From Acholeplasmataceae bacterium (GTDB taxonomy: Bacteria; Bacillota_I; Bacilli_A; Acholeplasmatales; Acholeplasmataceae): a DNA stretch of 64,000 bases. The translations under genes and the position numbers were made by a program. The notes below the pieces were generated by a model. That model ran no database searches. It saw only the letters and a list, made by a program, of their open reading frames with translations, and was not told the DNA's origin. Positions 1-10,270 of this stretch are shown here, in pieces. The stretch spans positions 896,001 through 960,000 of the forward strand of contig OY775910.1 of assembly GCA_963675245.1 (NCBI GenBank). The letters are read 5' to 3'. How positions within the stretch are numbered: the first letter of the stretch is position 1; each line of letters starts with the position of its first letter.

Positions 1-731
1 TTAAGTGATTCATAAACGACACCACAACCAAGTGAACCATCACCGACATTAGCGATGACAACGCCATTTTTATGATTAACTCTTTTAAATAGGGCAGCAC
101 CTGTAGCAATTGGCGCAGAACCACCAACGATTGCGTTATTTGGGTAAATACCAAAAGGTTGGAAGAAGACATGCATACTACCACCCATACCTTTATGGAA
201 TCCTGTTCTTTTTGCAAAGATTTCAGCTAATGTACCATACAATAAAAAATCAATAGCAAGATCTTTTGAACTCGCATCAGGACTTTCATGTTTAACAACG
301 TGATATGTTTCCCCATCTTCATAGTTGACCATGATGTCATTCAATGCAGATTCATCTAGTTTATGGATAGAGACTAAACCCCTCGCAAGTACTTCACTAT
401 GACTTCGATGTGAACCAAATGTTAAATCGTCTTTTTCAAGTAGATAGGCTTGACCAACAGAAGCAGCTTCTTGCCCCATTGATAAATGAGCTGGTCCAGG
501 ATAAGTAAATTTAAATCCATTGTACTCACCTTTAACTTTAATCGAATAGAGCATACTTTCAAATTCTCTTAATGTTGCCATATCGTGAAACATTCTTAGG
601 AAATCAGCTTTACTAAATTGTTCTTTTTCATCATTAACAGTCTTATCATAGACGTTTACTGGAATATCTTCGAATGTGATTTTACCTTTTTTTAGCACCT
701 CTTCAGGATGTATAAATAATGATTTTGGCAT
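1..731 (-). CDS. TPP-dependent 2-oxoacid/acetoin dehydrogenase-type E1 component (alpha region, possibly an alpha-beta fusion); 3' end runs off the window
   Basis: Hand translation from ATG at 731 (RBS GGAGG upstream): [12 protein letters not shown]...[15 protein letters not shown]...FGSHRSH...KGMGGSMH...[17 protein letters not shown]...[16 protein letters not shown]. Contains E1-alpha motifs and the GDG TPP motif; follows the E2 and E3 genes. Confidence 0.9.
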   Translation of the reverse strand, partial: MPKSLFIHPEEVLKKGKITFEDIPVNVYDKTVNDEKEQFSKADFLRMFHDMATLREFESMLYSIKVKGEYNGFKFTYPGPAHLSMGQEAASVGQAYLLEKDDLTFGSHRSHSEVLARGLVSIHKLDESALNDIMVNYEDGETYHVVKHESPDASSKDLAIDFLLYGTLAEIFAKRTGFHKGMGGSMHVFFQPFGIYPNNAIVGGSAPIATGAALFKRVNHKNGVVIANVGDGSLGCGVVYESL

Positions 732-742
732 TGTAATTCCTC

Positions 743-2113
743 CTATATATGAAATAAAGCATCTTTAACAAGCTCACCAACTGTTGGATGAGGATAGATG
801 ATTCGTTTCATTTCTTCAATATTAATTTCAAGGTGCATCATCGCACTCAAGAAAAGTGAAATTTCACTTGCATAAAGCGAAAGCATATGCGCACCAAGTA
901 GGGTGTTTCTTTTTTGATCAACCACGAGTTTAACAAAACCGTCGTGGTCATTTGATTCAGCTAAATGTCTTCCGGAATAAGAGACAGGTAAAGAAATGAC
1001 TTTAACATCATATCCTTTTTCTTTAGCGACCAACTCCGTATAACCAATACTACATACTTCAGGAGAAGTATATATCACAGATGGTATCTTATCGTAATTG
1101 ATAACGTCTTTTTTACCTAGAAGGGTGTTGATACAAACTTCAGCTTCTTTATATGCTGTATGAGCTAACATGACTTTACCGTTAACATCACCAATCGCAT
1201 ACACGTTCGCAACATTTGTCTTTGTTTGATCATCTGTGATGATTGAACCATTTTTACGTGTGTCAATATATAGGTTTTCTAATCCAAGTTCACTTGTACT
1301 TGCACGTCTACCAACAGATAATAATGCGTAATCAAAGGTGACTGATTCTTCTTGATTGTCTTGGACATACGTCAGTTCTTTTTCAGATACCTTGGTTACT
1401 TTCGCATTTAATTTAAATGTGATGCCTTGTGATTCTAATACTTTTTTAAGTGCTTTTGAAATATCTAGATCAAGTGGTCCGCCAATGGTTGGTAACATTT
1501 CAACTACAGTTACTTTACTCCCTATTTGGGCAAAGTAAGTTGCCATTTCAAGACCAATAACTCCTCCACCAATCACAGTCAGATTTTTAGGAATATCGGT
1601 TAAATCTAATATTTCTCTACTTGTTAAAATCGAACCTTTTTTAATGGCTTCAGCCAATCCTTCGATGGGTGGAATCACCGGTGAAGAACCACTAGCAATA
1701 ATCAGTTTAGTTGAGACATAAATATCACTACCCACTTGGACTTTAAAGCCTTCATTATCTTTTTTAAGAATAGTAGCTAAACCTGAGACAACTGTAACCT
1801 TAGCTGTTTTCAATGTATATCCAACACCAGCAACAAGTGTTTTAACAATGTTGTTTTTACGTTGAACAACTTCCTTTTGATTATAAGTTACATCATTTGC
1901 ATAAACACCATAACTTTCGCCATGCTTTGCATAACGGAAGTGCTTTGCGCTATTTAATAATGCTTTACTTGGAATGCAACCTTCATTCAAACACACGCCA
2001 CCAAGTTTATGCTTCTCGATAACTAATGTTTTTAAACCAGCTTTACCAGCAAGGTCTGCAGCATGATAACCACCAGGACCACCACCGATAATGATTAAAT
2101 CGTAATTATTCAT
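743..2113 (-). CDS. lpdA: Dihydrolipoyl dehydrogenase (E3)
   Basis: GGGPGGY FAD motif, [13 protein letters not shown] redox disulfide, [11 protein letters not shown] motif, HPTVGE C-terminal motif. Confidence 0.96.
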   Translation of the reverse strand: MNNYDLIIIGGGPGGYHAADLAGKAGLKTLVIEKHKLGGVCLNEGCIPSKALLNSAKHFRYAKHGESYGVYANDVTYNQKEVVQRKNNIVKTLVAGVGYTLKTAKVTVVSGLATILKKDNEGFKVQVGSDIYVSTKLIIASGSSPVIPPIEGLAEAIKKGSILTSREILDLTDIPKNLTVIGGGVIGLEMATYFAQIGSKVTVVEMLPTIGGPLDLDISKALKKVLESQGITFKLNAKVTKVSEKELTYVQDNQEESVTFDYALLSVGRRASTSELGLENLYIDTRKNGSIITDDQTKTNVANVYAIGDVNGKVMLAHTAYKEAEVCINTLLGKKDVINYDKIPSVIYTSPEVCSIGYTELVAKEKGYDVKVISLPVSYSGRHLAESNDHDGFVKLVVDQKRNTLLGAHMLSLYASEISLFLSAMMHLEINIEEMKRIIYPHPTVGELVKDALFHI

Positions 2114-2123
2114 GATAAACTCC

Positions 2124-3350
2124 TTATTTTAAACCTTTAGGGTCACTATCGATATGTTTAGAAAATGCTTGTAGATATTCTTTTAAGTCTTTTAAAAATC
2201 TAGAAGCACCAGCACCGTCAAGTACTTGATGATCATATGTGAGTGATAATCCCATTGCTTGATAGAATACAAAGCGACCGTGTTCATCGGTTTTAACTTT
2301 TGTTGAAATAGTATTGACACCTAAAATACCAGTTTGAGGTGGGTTAATAATTGGAGTGAAGTGTTCAATATCCAACGTCCCAAGATTTGAAATTGTAAAT
2401 GATGCATTCGTTAATAAATCGGGATTAATATTGCCAGCGATACATTGAGAAAAGAGTGATTTTGCTTGATTGGAAATATCAACAAGACTCAATGTGTCAG
2501 CATATTGCAACGTCGGTACCATAAGACCTCTTGGTGTATCGGTAGCAATCCCCATATGAACATGTTCGAAAACACGTAATTCACCATTAACGAAGTGTGC
2601 ATTTAAATCCATATGTTTCTTTAAGACTCTAGATACAGCATAAATCATAATATCGTTAAATGTGATTCTAGGTAATGATTGTTGTTCTGATATCCTTTTA
2701 AGTTCTTTTCGATAACTAAATATATCAGTCGCGTCAAATGATAAAGAGTGTGTGAGCTGTGCCGTATTTTGCAAGCTCTTCATCATCGTCTTACCAATAA
2801 TCTTACGCATATTAGAAAGTGATTTAACGGTATAGTCTTGTGTGCCACTTACTTGAACAACTGCAGTACCAACATTTTCAAGAGATACATCACGGTCAAT
2901 CACACGTCCACCTGGACCACTACCTTTGATCGTTTGAATATCTATGTTTTGTTTTTGTGCTTTAACTTTTGCACGAGGACTTGCGAAATGTTCACTTGAG
3001 GAATCTGATTCAACGATGTCTTCAACTTGAATAGACGCAGATGCTTTAGGTTGATCAACTTGAGAAGCCTCCTCGTTAGAAGAAGTAGGTGAGTCAACAT
3101 CGATTTTTTCACCTGGTTCACCAATATAACAAACAGGGGTTAAGACATCGACAATTTCACCTTCTTTGTATAGTAACTTTAAAACAGTGCCTTCAACTTC
3201 TGATGGAAAATCAAAAACTGCTTTATCTGTTTCGTAGCTAAAAAGAATCGTACCGACTTCAATGTTATCATTTTCTTTCACGTGCCAAGCGCTTAAAAAA
3301 CAGCTCTCAACGGTATTACCTTGTTTTGGCATTAATACTGGATTTGCCAT
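2124..3350 (-). CDS. Dihydrolipoamide acyltransferase (E2)
   Basis: One lipoyl domain (ETDKA), an E3-binding segment (ASPRAK...GSGPGGRV) and catalytic TISNLG / LTYDHQVLDGA. Confidence 0.94.
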   Translation of the reverse strand: MANPVLMPKQGNTVESCFLSAWHVKENDNIEVGTILFSYETDKAVFDFPSEVEGTVLKLLYKEGEIVDVLTPVCYIGEPGEKIDVDSPTSSNEEASQVDQPKASASIQVEDIVESDSSSEHFASPRAKVKAQKQNIDIQTIKGSGPGGRVIDRDVSLENVGTAVVQVSGTQDYTVKSLSNMRKIIGKTMMKSLQNTAQLTHSLSFDATDIFSYRKELKRISEQQSLPRITFNDIMIYAVSRVLKKHMDLNAHFVNGELRVFEHVHMGIATDTPRGLMVPTLQYADTLSLVDISNQAKSLFSQCIAGNINPDLLTNASFTISNLGTLDIEHFTPIINPPQTGILGVNTISTKVKTDEHGRFVFYQAMGLSLTYDHQVLDGAGASRFLKDLKEYLQAFSKHIDSDPKGLK

Positions 3351-3352
3351 AA

Positions 3353-4621
3353 TTACACCTCAATCTTTTTTCCGTGTTTAAGTAAATAAGATTCTGCTTC
3401 AACACTCCATAAACCATCATGACGATCACAAATGTTTGCAAGCTCAGCAAAAAGCGGATCGTTTTCGCCAAGTTTTCTAAAATCACTAATATCTGTCATA
3501 GGCATAGAAATATGTGTATAAACTAATTTTTTAGCACCAGGGATTTGTGGCAAATTGAGTGTCGTATCAATCACTGAATCAAGACCACCTACATGAGAAA
3601 TCATAATTTCTGGATGTAGTCTTCCTTTCGCAAACATATCTAGCACTTCTTTCATATCATTCGTGTTACCACCAGAAGTTCCGGTTAAGCGATGTCCTTC
3701 GTAATGTAATTTATAAAAATTAAAGTTTGCTGAAAAGTTAGGATCACTTGGGCCGGCAAAGAAATTTAGACAACCCATTTTAGCCAACAATTGGTTAGCT
3801 TGCTCGACTAAAAATTTTACTGGTGCGAATACAAAAACATCATCATACCCTTCTCCTTGATTAAACGCTTTTAATTGTTCAACTGGATTGTCAAAAGAAC
3901 TTGTATTTATATAGCGTAATTCAATACCTTTTTCTTTAGCGTCACTTGGTCTAACTAATGCTGCTGCTCGATCTAATCTTTCTTGATTAACATCTGTAAC
4001 GACAAGCAGACGAGGTGTAATGTCACGATTTACTGCATAAGCGATTGCCGCTAACCCCATTGGACCACCACCAGCAATAATAATCATGGCACCATCTTTT
4101 TTGATATCCATTTCATGCATATGTGTATCAAAGTTGGATCTAAAGTTTTCATGGAATGCACCTGCAACACATGAAAATGGTTCAGCTAAAGATCCCGAAA
4201 AATAACCTTCACCCTCATATGGCAATAAACATTCCTGAATCATGACCACTTCAGGAATGACAATATAAGTCGCATCTCCACCAATATATTCAAAAGAATA
4301 GCCTGGGGCATCTAAACTGCCTTTATAGTTTAAAGCTGGTTGAATAGAATATTTGTCACCAGGTTTGTATTGTTCTTTCCATTTGTCACCTACTTCGATA
4401 AGTTCTAGACAAAACTCATGACCGATAATCGTAGGATGAGTAGAGATATTATTTGGTACGCGTTTATGATCTTCTCCTTGATTAGCAGCTTTATAAGAAG
4501 ACATGCAGATGCTATCTGAAATAACTTTAGCAAGTATTTCAGTTGTCTTTATGTCTGGTAAATCAAATGTTTCTAATCGTAAATCTTTTTTTCCATAAAT
4601 TCTTACAGCAGTAGTTTTCAT
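3353..4621 (-). CDS. MDR-family Zn-binding dehydrogenase, L-sorbose-1-phosphate reductase (SorE)-like
   Basis: MKTTAVRIYGKKDLRLE...SDSICMSSYK...IIGHEF...GGPMGL...LNFFAGP...GTSGGN, typical of the SorE subfamily. Start moved to ATG 4621 (RBS GAGGT). Confidence 0.85.
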   Translation of the reverse strand: MKTTAVRIYGKKDLRLETFDLPDIKTTEILAKVISDSICMSSYKAANQGEDHKRVPNNISTHPTIIGHEFCLELIEVGDKWKEQYKPGDKYSIQPALNYKGSLDAPGYSFEYIGGDATYIVIPEVVMIQECLLPYEGEGYFSGSLAEPFSCVAGAFHENFRSNFDTHMHEMDIKKDGAMIIIAGGGPMGLAAIAYAVNRDITPRLLVVTDVNQERLDRAAALVRPSDAKEKGIELRYINTSSFDNPVEQLKAFNQGEGYDDVFVFAPVKFLVEQANQLLAKMGCLNFFAGPSDPNFSANFNFYKLHYEGHRLTGTSGGNTNDMKEVLDMFAKGRLHPEIMISHVGGLDSVIDTTLNLPQIPGAKKLVYTHISMPMTDISDFRKLGENDPLFAELANICDRHDGLWSVEAESYLLKHGKKIEV

Positions 4622-4703
4622 ATTAGTTACCTCGCAGTATTCTAGTTTATCACAATAGTATTTTACTATAACAATCAAAAAAATGTTTATAATGTTCAAT
4701 TCG

Positions 4704-4760
4704 TTGTAAAATCATCTTTTTAATGATAAAATAAAATCATAAATAAACATAAACGATCAT
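4704..4760 (+). promoter_or_regulatory. Promoter of the deoR-family gene plus three 10-bp-periodic repeats (candidate operator)
   Basis: TTGTAA-17bp-TAAAAT with an extended TG, followed by ATAAAATCAT/AAATAAACAT/AAACGATCAT at 4731-4760. Confidence 0.5.
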
Positions 4761-4774
4761 ATGGAGGAGTTATT

Positions 4775-5536
4775 GTGTCATATTTGGAAAGACAAGATGA
4801 TATATTGAATATTTTATCCAATGAAAAAGTAGTAAGTGTCCAGAAATTATCTGCAACATTATATGTCAGTGAAGCTACCATAAGAAGAGATTTGATCCGA
4901 ATGGATAATTTAGGATTAATTAGACGCACACATGGTGGCGCGATGATTGCTAAAAATACGGCACAAGAATCATCGTTCGCGATGCGTGAAGTAGAAAACC
5001 TATCTGCAAAAAAATTATTATGTTCACTGGCGTTAGCACACATCACTGATCACAGTGTGATTTATATGGATAGTAGTTCAACAGTGATGCCAATCATTCC
5101 TATGCTTCAAAGATTTCAACATTTAACAGTAATTACACACGGCATCAGAACAGCACTTCTTTTATCGAACCTCGAAAATGTAGAGGTTTATGTGGCCGGT
5201 GGAAGATTAGGAAATTTTTCAAACTCAATTTTGGGACAATCCGTTATTGAGTTTTATGATCAGATTAATGCTGACATTGCATTATTGTCATGTAGTGGCA
5301 TTGATGAAAAGGGAGATATTACAGATAACAGCATGGAACAAGCAAAAATTAAAAAGCAGATTGTAGATAAAAGTAAAAAGGTCATTATGTTGGCCGATCA
5401 AACGAAATTTGGTAAAACATTTATGAATACAACTTTCCAACTACAAGATGTTGATATATTTATCACAGATAAAGATATGCCTGAAACATTTATAGAAGTC
5501 TTTAATCAGTATGAAGGAGAAGTGATTAAACCATAA
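4775..5536 (+). CDS. DeoR/GlpR-family transcriptional regulator (probable rhamnose-locus repressor)
   Basis: VSEATIRRDL HTH, RTHGGA, and a sugar-phosphate sensor domain (DSSST, ADQTKFG). Confidence 0.92.
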   Translation: MSYLERQDDILNILSNEKVVSVQKLSATLYVSEATIRRDLIRMDNLGLIRRTHGGAMIAKNTAQESSFAMREVENLSAKKLLCSLALAHITDHSVIYMDSSSTVMPIIPMLQRFQHLTVITHGIRTALLLSNLENVEVYVAGGRLGNFSNSILGQSVIEFYDQINADIALLSCSGIDEKGDITDNSMEQAKIKKQIVDKSKKVIMLADQTKFGKTFMNTTFQLQDVDIFITDKDMPETFIEVFNQYEGEVIKP

Positions 5537-5563
5537 AAAAAGGAACTTTTCGTTCCTTTTTTT
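5535..5563. terminator. Bidirectional intrinsic terminator between convergent deoR and SDR genes
   Basis: AAAAAAAGGAAC-TTTTC-GTTCCTTTTTTT. Confidence 0.8.
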
Positions 5564-6341
5564 AATGCATTATTTGTCCACCTGTGACATTGATTGCTTG
5601 ACCAGTCATGTAGCTTGAGAGATCTGAAGCCAAGAAGACGACCATGTTTTCAATGTCTTCATATTCACAACTGCGTTTGAGTGGGACTTGATTGATATAT
5701 TTTTCTCTAATCTTTTCTTCAGTGGTATGTTGGTTTTGAGCATATTGTTTAAACAAGCTATTCACCCAGAGTGGTGAATTCAAAAGATTACCAGGACAGA
5801 TACTGTTAACTCTAACGTTAAACTCAGCAAACTCTTTAGCTAGACTTTGAGTTAAACCGATACCACCAAACTTACTTGCTGCATATGCACCATTTTTATA
5901 AGAACCCACCTTGCCAGATTTACTATTAATTTGGATGATAGAGCCTTTGCGGTTTTCAATCATCATCGGTGCGAATGCTTTAACAGTATTGAAATAGCCA
6001 TTTAGGTTGACATCAATAACCTTTTTAAAATGAGCAGAAGAAAGCGTGTTAATATCTCCACTTAATAAAATGCCAGCATTTGATACGAGAATATCAACTC
6101 GACCAAATTTAGATTTAACATCATTCGCAACACTCTCACATTGTTCATAGTTTGTGATATCAAGCGCATATGGATATGCATTCTCTATATCAGAACAAAC
6201 TTTTTTTACACCTTCATAGTTGATATCACAAGCGATGACAGTACAACCTTCATTTGATAATCTAAGTGCAATTGCTTCACCTAAACCTTGTGATACGCCA
6301 GTGACAACAGCGACTTTGTCTTTCAAATTTATTTCACTCAT
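5562..6341 (-). CDS. srlD: SDR, sorbitol-6-phosphate 2-dehydrogenase-like
   Basis: TGVSQGLG, IQINSKSGKVGS, YAASKFGGIGLTQSLA, VPLKRSCEY and TGQAINVTGGQ closely follow SrlD signatures. The true substrate may differ. Confidence 0.8.
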   Translation of the reverse strand: MSEINLKDKVAVVTGVSQGLGEAIALRLSNEGCTVIACDINYEGVKKVCSDIENAYPYALDITNYEQCESVANDVKSKFGRVDILVSNAGILLSGDINTLSSAHFKKVIDVNLNGYFNTVKAFAPMMIENRKGSIIQINSKSGKVGSYKNGAYAASKFGGIGLTQSLAKEFAEFNVRVNSICPGNLLNSPLWVNSLFKQYAQNQHTTEEKIREKYINQVPLKRSCEYEDIENMVVFLASDLSSYMTGQAINVTGGQIMH

Positions 6342-7591
6342 TTTAAAGCCTCTTTTCTTGCATATGAACTAAAGAACTTAATACGTTCACTAATGGACAT
6401 ATGCTGATATGTATTTCCTAACAATCCATCTTCAGGATTTTTTTTATATAATTTTTCATGTGCAACTAACGCCCAAGCGGAATCAATTAAATGATGATGT
6501 TTTGGATATTGATAAGCAGAACAATTAAAACTTTGTCTAGGTGAATTGATATCTTCTCCGGATATTTCAATCATATGATATTTATGTGCTAAGGCATGAA
6601 TACGATCGATTTGTTCTTCTGTATTTCTGGTTGGCATATATGCAATGGCAGGTACGCCAATCTCTTTTAATGCGATAATTAATTCTTCTAAAAATGCATC
6701 TTCAAATGTTTGTGCTCTTTTATCACCAGTAACTGATTCAACAACATCACCTAAATACGGATAAGCCGGGATTGCACCATGTGCTTTAGCAAACGCAACA
6801 TATTCCTTCGCATCTGGTAACTCATCTGTCGCAGGAATGAAGAATTTTGAAGTGTTTGATTTAATGACACCTAAAATATCATATAGCAATAAGTCGTTAT
6901 TTTTAGATAGAAGTAATGCTCTTTGTTTCTTTGATACCTTGATTTCAAATGTTTGCGATACGTAGTCAATTAATTGATTCATGTCAGTGAAATGATGAAG
7001 TAATTTTTGTGCTAAAGCAAATAGTATGTGCCTTTCTGTTACAGTGCCACCCTCTTCAACCTTAGAAATAGATTGTACATCGCGTTTATAATCTAGCACA
7101 ATATCAGAAGATGCGATTAACCGATTGACTTTATCTACAATTAAACGATTTCTTTTTTCACGATTATCACGATAAGGTTTTAAAAATACATCAAATGAAG
7201 CAATGCTTTCTTCTGGGATGGCATGCGCCACCATATACATCACATTATTCTGATCAGGGTTATTGATCCTACGATTAAAGGTATCAAATTTAACACGTAA
7301 TTCTACACCAGCAGTTGAAGCGATACCTAGTAAATCAGAAGCGTCATGAAATTCTTTAATGCCTGCAACAGTATCATGATCAATAATACCTGCAACACTT
7401 AAACCGGCTTGATATGCACTATAAGCTGCATGTGTTGGTGAATACGGTGAAAAGGAATAAAACGTATGGATGTGATTATTCACATCATGTTCATTAATTT
7501 CTCTAACAGCATTGTGGTAACTGAGTATTTCTTCGAGTGCACTGATGCGATCAGATAATATGCCTTCGTTTAGTTTATTGATAATTTTCAT
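6338..7591 (-). CDS. PHP-domain metalloprotein of unknown function
   Basis: NNHIHTFYS, IIDHDT, GVE and SGEDINS (PHP metal-ligand pattern); overlaps both neighbours by 4 nt. Confidence 0.8.
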   Translation of the reverse strand: MKIINKLNEGILSDRISALEEILSYHNAVREINEHDVNNHIHTFYSFSPYSPTHAAYSAYQAGLSVAGIIDHDTVAGIKEFHDASDLLGIASTAGVELRVKFDTFNRRINNPDQNNVMYMVAHAIPEESIASFDVFLKPYRDNREKRNRLIVDKVNRLIASSDIVLDYKRDVQSISKVEEGGTVTERHILFALAQKLLHHFTDMNQLIDYVSQTFEIKVSKKQRALLLSKNNDLLLYDILGVIKSNTSKFFIPATDELPDAKEYVAFAKAHGAIPAYPYLGDVVESVTGDKRAQTFEDAFLEELIIALKEIGVPAIAYMPTRNTEEQIDRIHALAHKYHMIEISGEDINSPRQSFNCSAYQYPKHHHLIDSAWALVAHEKLYKKNPEDGLLGNTYQHMSISERIKFFSSYARKEALK

Positions 7592-8685
7592 TTACTTTGC
7601 ACCTTAAACCTGTAATGTTCAACTTCCCAATTCAATATGAAATTAATGTCATCATCTGTCATTGGTTTAGATCCACCGAAATACTGACTATAGTATCCAA
7701 TTTTTATTTGATCAAGAAATAGAAGTCTCGCATTTTCGGATTGTTTTTGACTATCACCTACCGCATACATACCAGATCCTTTGAGCAGTATAATGCGTGG
7801 TGGGAAGCCAAATTTGTCAATATATGTCTGATATGTTAATTGTAAATTATCAAACGATGTATAAAGTGGTTCGTGTCGGCAATACACCACATGATCTGGC
7901 GTAAATGATGTTCTGACTTTTTGATAAGAAGAAGGGTTTTCTAGAATATCATCTATGGCATGATTCTTCTCAAATGTCACATATTTATGCACATCAAGTG
8001 ATTTGATGGCAGACAGATGAATATCAAAGATAGCTTTATCTAAAGATGTTTTTGACAAGTCAATATCAGATTTAATTTGTTGATTAATCTTAGCCATTAA
8101 AGCATCAACTAATTGGTCAATTTCTTCTATACTATCAGCTGCGAAGAACACACCATGATTCTCTAAGAGAAGTATTTGAGGTATCACATGATGCTTTTTT
8201 TCATGTGCTTCCATTTTTTCTTTACAGGTTATCGCTAGTATATATCCTGGTTTAGTCGCTTCTACCCATACGACGTTATGTGATAAATGATTTTCAACCC
8301 AAGATTCACCAGATAGACCACATGTTACGGCATTTACTTTTGTTGGATGTAGATGTAATACAAATTTAAAGGGAAATAAGTCATGTAGCTGTGTTTCAAC
8401 AGAAGGTCTATTTATTTCACCCTCACATCTCGCATCCATGAGATCTTTTAAAACTTCCTTTTCACGATTCGATGTTTGATCGCTATAGGTCACATGCCAC
8501 ATATGATTAAGCTTCTTACGATCAAGTTTAACAAAGCCATCTTCTTTAATCGTTGCTAGTTGATAACCACTTGCTTTTACAATCAATGTGTTATCATCTT
8601 TAGCACTTGTATTTCCACCACCAGCTAAAACAAATTCTGATTGAGCACCATATTTGTTGGACATTTTTATTAATTCGGTTAACAT
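7588..8685 (-). CDS. Class II aldolase/adducin-fold protein (RhaE-like aldolase or epimerase)
   Basis: GGGNTSAK, KASG, RPSVET, LHLHP and LENHG Zn ligands, plus TPDH; resembles the N-terminal half of bifunctional RhaEW. Confidence 0.85.
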   Translation of the reverse strand: MLTELIKMSNKYGAQSEFVLAGGGNTSAKDDNTLIVKASGYQLATIKEDGFVKLDRKKLNHMWHVTYSDQTSNREKEVLKDLMDARCEGEINRPSVETQLHDLFPFKFVLHLHPTKVNAVTCGLSGESWVENHLSHNVVWVEATKPGYILAITCKEKMEAHEKKHHVIPQILLLENHGVFFAADSIEEIDQLVDALMAKINQQIKSDIDLSKTSLDKAIFDIHLSAIKSLDVHKYVTFEKNHAIDDILENPSSYQKVRTSFTPDHVVYCRHEPLYTSFDNLQLTYQTYIDKFGFPPRIILLKGSGMYAVGDSQKQSENARLLFLDQIKIGYYSQYFGGSKPMTDDDINFILNWEVEHYRFKVQSK

Positions 8686-8953
8686 ATTAGTTTGCTCCTT
8701 TAATGATCATCGACTCCGTGTATGACACTGTCATTATATGTGAATCAAACATTATTTACAATCTAAAATTTTCAAATTATAATCAAAAAGATTAATCACG
8801 TTTTACCCTCAAATATTTATATATTTGAGTCAAAGAAACAAAATCTTTCGGATTTGTAAAATACAAAAAAAATATGATTTTGAGTAAAAAAAGTGATATA
8901 AAAAATCAATAATTACATGATATACTTGAAAAGAGACAACAGGAGTGATAGTT

Positions 8954-10270
8954 ATGAAAAGTGTAAGAATCGCTATTGATATTGGTGCGAGTGGTGGTAG
9001 GCATTTAGCGTATTATATCGAAAATGGTAAAGATATTTATGAAGAAGTTTACCGCTTTAAAAACTACATGTCAGGAACACCAGAATATAGTTTAATTTGG
9101 GATTATCAACGCTTAGTTGATAATGTCTTCAAAGGATTAAAAATTGCTTTTGAGACATATGATGAAGTCCTATCGGTTGGTCTTGATACATGGGGTGTAG
9201 ATTATGCATTGCTCGATGAAAAAAAAGAGGTTATTAAGCCTGTTTTTGCATATCGGAATCCCAGAACTGAAGCAATCATAAAAGAAGTGCATGAGATTAT
9301 TTCGTTTGAAAAATTATATGAAATTACAGGTTCACAATTCCAGTCTTTTAACACAATTTACCAATTATATTGTGATAAAAAAAGCGGTAAATTAGATAAA
9401 GCTAAACACTTTTTAATGATGCCGGAATTCTTATATTACAAATTAACTGGTCTGATGTTGCAAGAGTATACAGAAACGAGCACTTCAGGTATGATTGATT
9501 TAAAAACGAATGATTTTTCAACTGAAATAATTGAAAAATTAAGTTATCCAAAACACTTATTTGATAAACCTGTTCAACCAGGGATTTTCCATCCTTTAGC
9601 TGAAGATGTTTCCAAAGCTTTAGGTGGTCAAACTAAAGTTTGTTTAGTGGCTACACATGATACTGCAAGTGCAGTTGAAGGGGTGGATATTGATCTTAAT
9701 CAAGCATACTTATCAAGTGGTACTTGGTCATTATTAGGTATGAAAGTAAAAGAACCGATTTTGACAGAAATAGCCAGAGAAAATAATTTCTCTCATGAAG
9801 GTGGCATTGGTTATATCAGATTCCAAAAAAACATCATGGGATTATGGATGACACAGTTTTTAAAAAATGAATTAGGTTATGATGATTATTTTCAAATGGC
9901 GGATGATGCAAGTTGCTCCACATGTTGTGAATTGATTGACGTTAATGATGAGTCATTTCTAGCTCCAGTATCCATGAAAGATGCGATTTTTGATTATTTA
10001 AAAAAGCATCATAAAAAGCTACCGGAAACAAATGGCGATATTTTAAATGTGGTTTACCACAGTTTAGCAAAATCATATGAAGATGCATTAGATGAACTAG
10101 AAGAAATAACAGGCAAAAAAATAGAAACCTTAACCATATTTGGTGGGGGTGCACAAAACAAATATTTTAATAAAGTGATTAAGAAATATTCAACCAGAGA
10201 TTTAGTGATACATCCAATAGAAGCAACCGCTATTGGAAATTTAAGAGTACAGGAGAAATATGATGAGTAG
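8954..10270 (+). CDS. rhaB: Rhamnulokinase
   Basis: AIDIGASGGR, DTWGVDY, FNTIYQL, ATHDTASA, SSGTWSLLG, KNIMGLW, EATAIGN. Start set at ATG 8954 (RBS AGGAG). Confidence 0.92.
   Translation: MKSVRIAIDIGASGGRHLAYYIENGKDIYEEVYRFKNYMSGTPEYSLIWDYQRLVDNVFKGLKIAFETYDEVLSVGLDTWGVDYALLDEKKEVIKPVFAYRNPRTEAIIKEVHEIISFEKLYEITGSQFQSFNTIYQLYCDKKSGKLDKAKHFLMMPEFLYYKLTGLMLQEYTETSTSGMIDLKTNDFSTEIIEKLSYPKHLFDKPVQPGIFHPLAEDVSKALGGQTKVCLVATHDTASAVEGVDIDLNQAYLSSGTWSLLGMKVKEPILTEIARENNFSHEGGIGYIRFQKNIMGLWMTQFLKNELGYDDYFQMADDASCSTCCELIDVNDESFLAPVSMKDAIFDYLKKHHKKLPETNGDILNVVYHSLAKSYEDALDELEEITGKKIETLTIFGGGAQNKYFNKVIKKYSTRDLVIHPIEATAIGNLRVQEKYDE

Noticed and set aside
4622..4699. N-terminal extension of the Zn-dehydrogenase in the ORF track (similar over-long starts at 11601, 18129, 25367, 39620, 52085, 58444, 61382)
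   Set aside because: Downstream ATGs have proper RBS spacing and match family N-termini.
3353..6341. Ordinary sorbose/sorbitol utilisation by the SorE-like and SrlD-like genes
   Set aside because: No sorbose or glucitol PTS genes are in the window and the genes are embedded among rhamnose genes. Kept only as an alternative, because the operon continues off the left edge.
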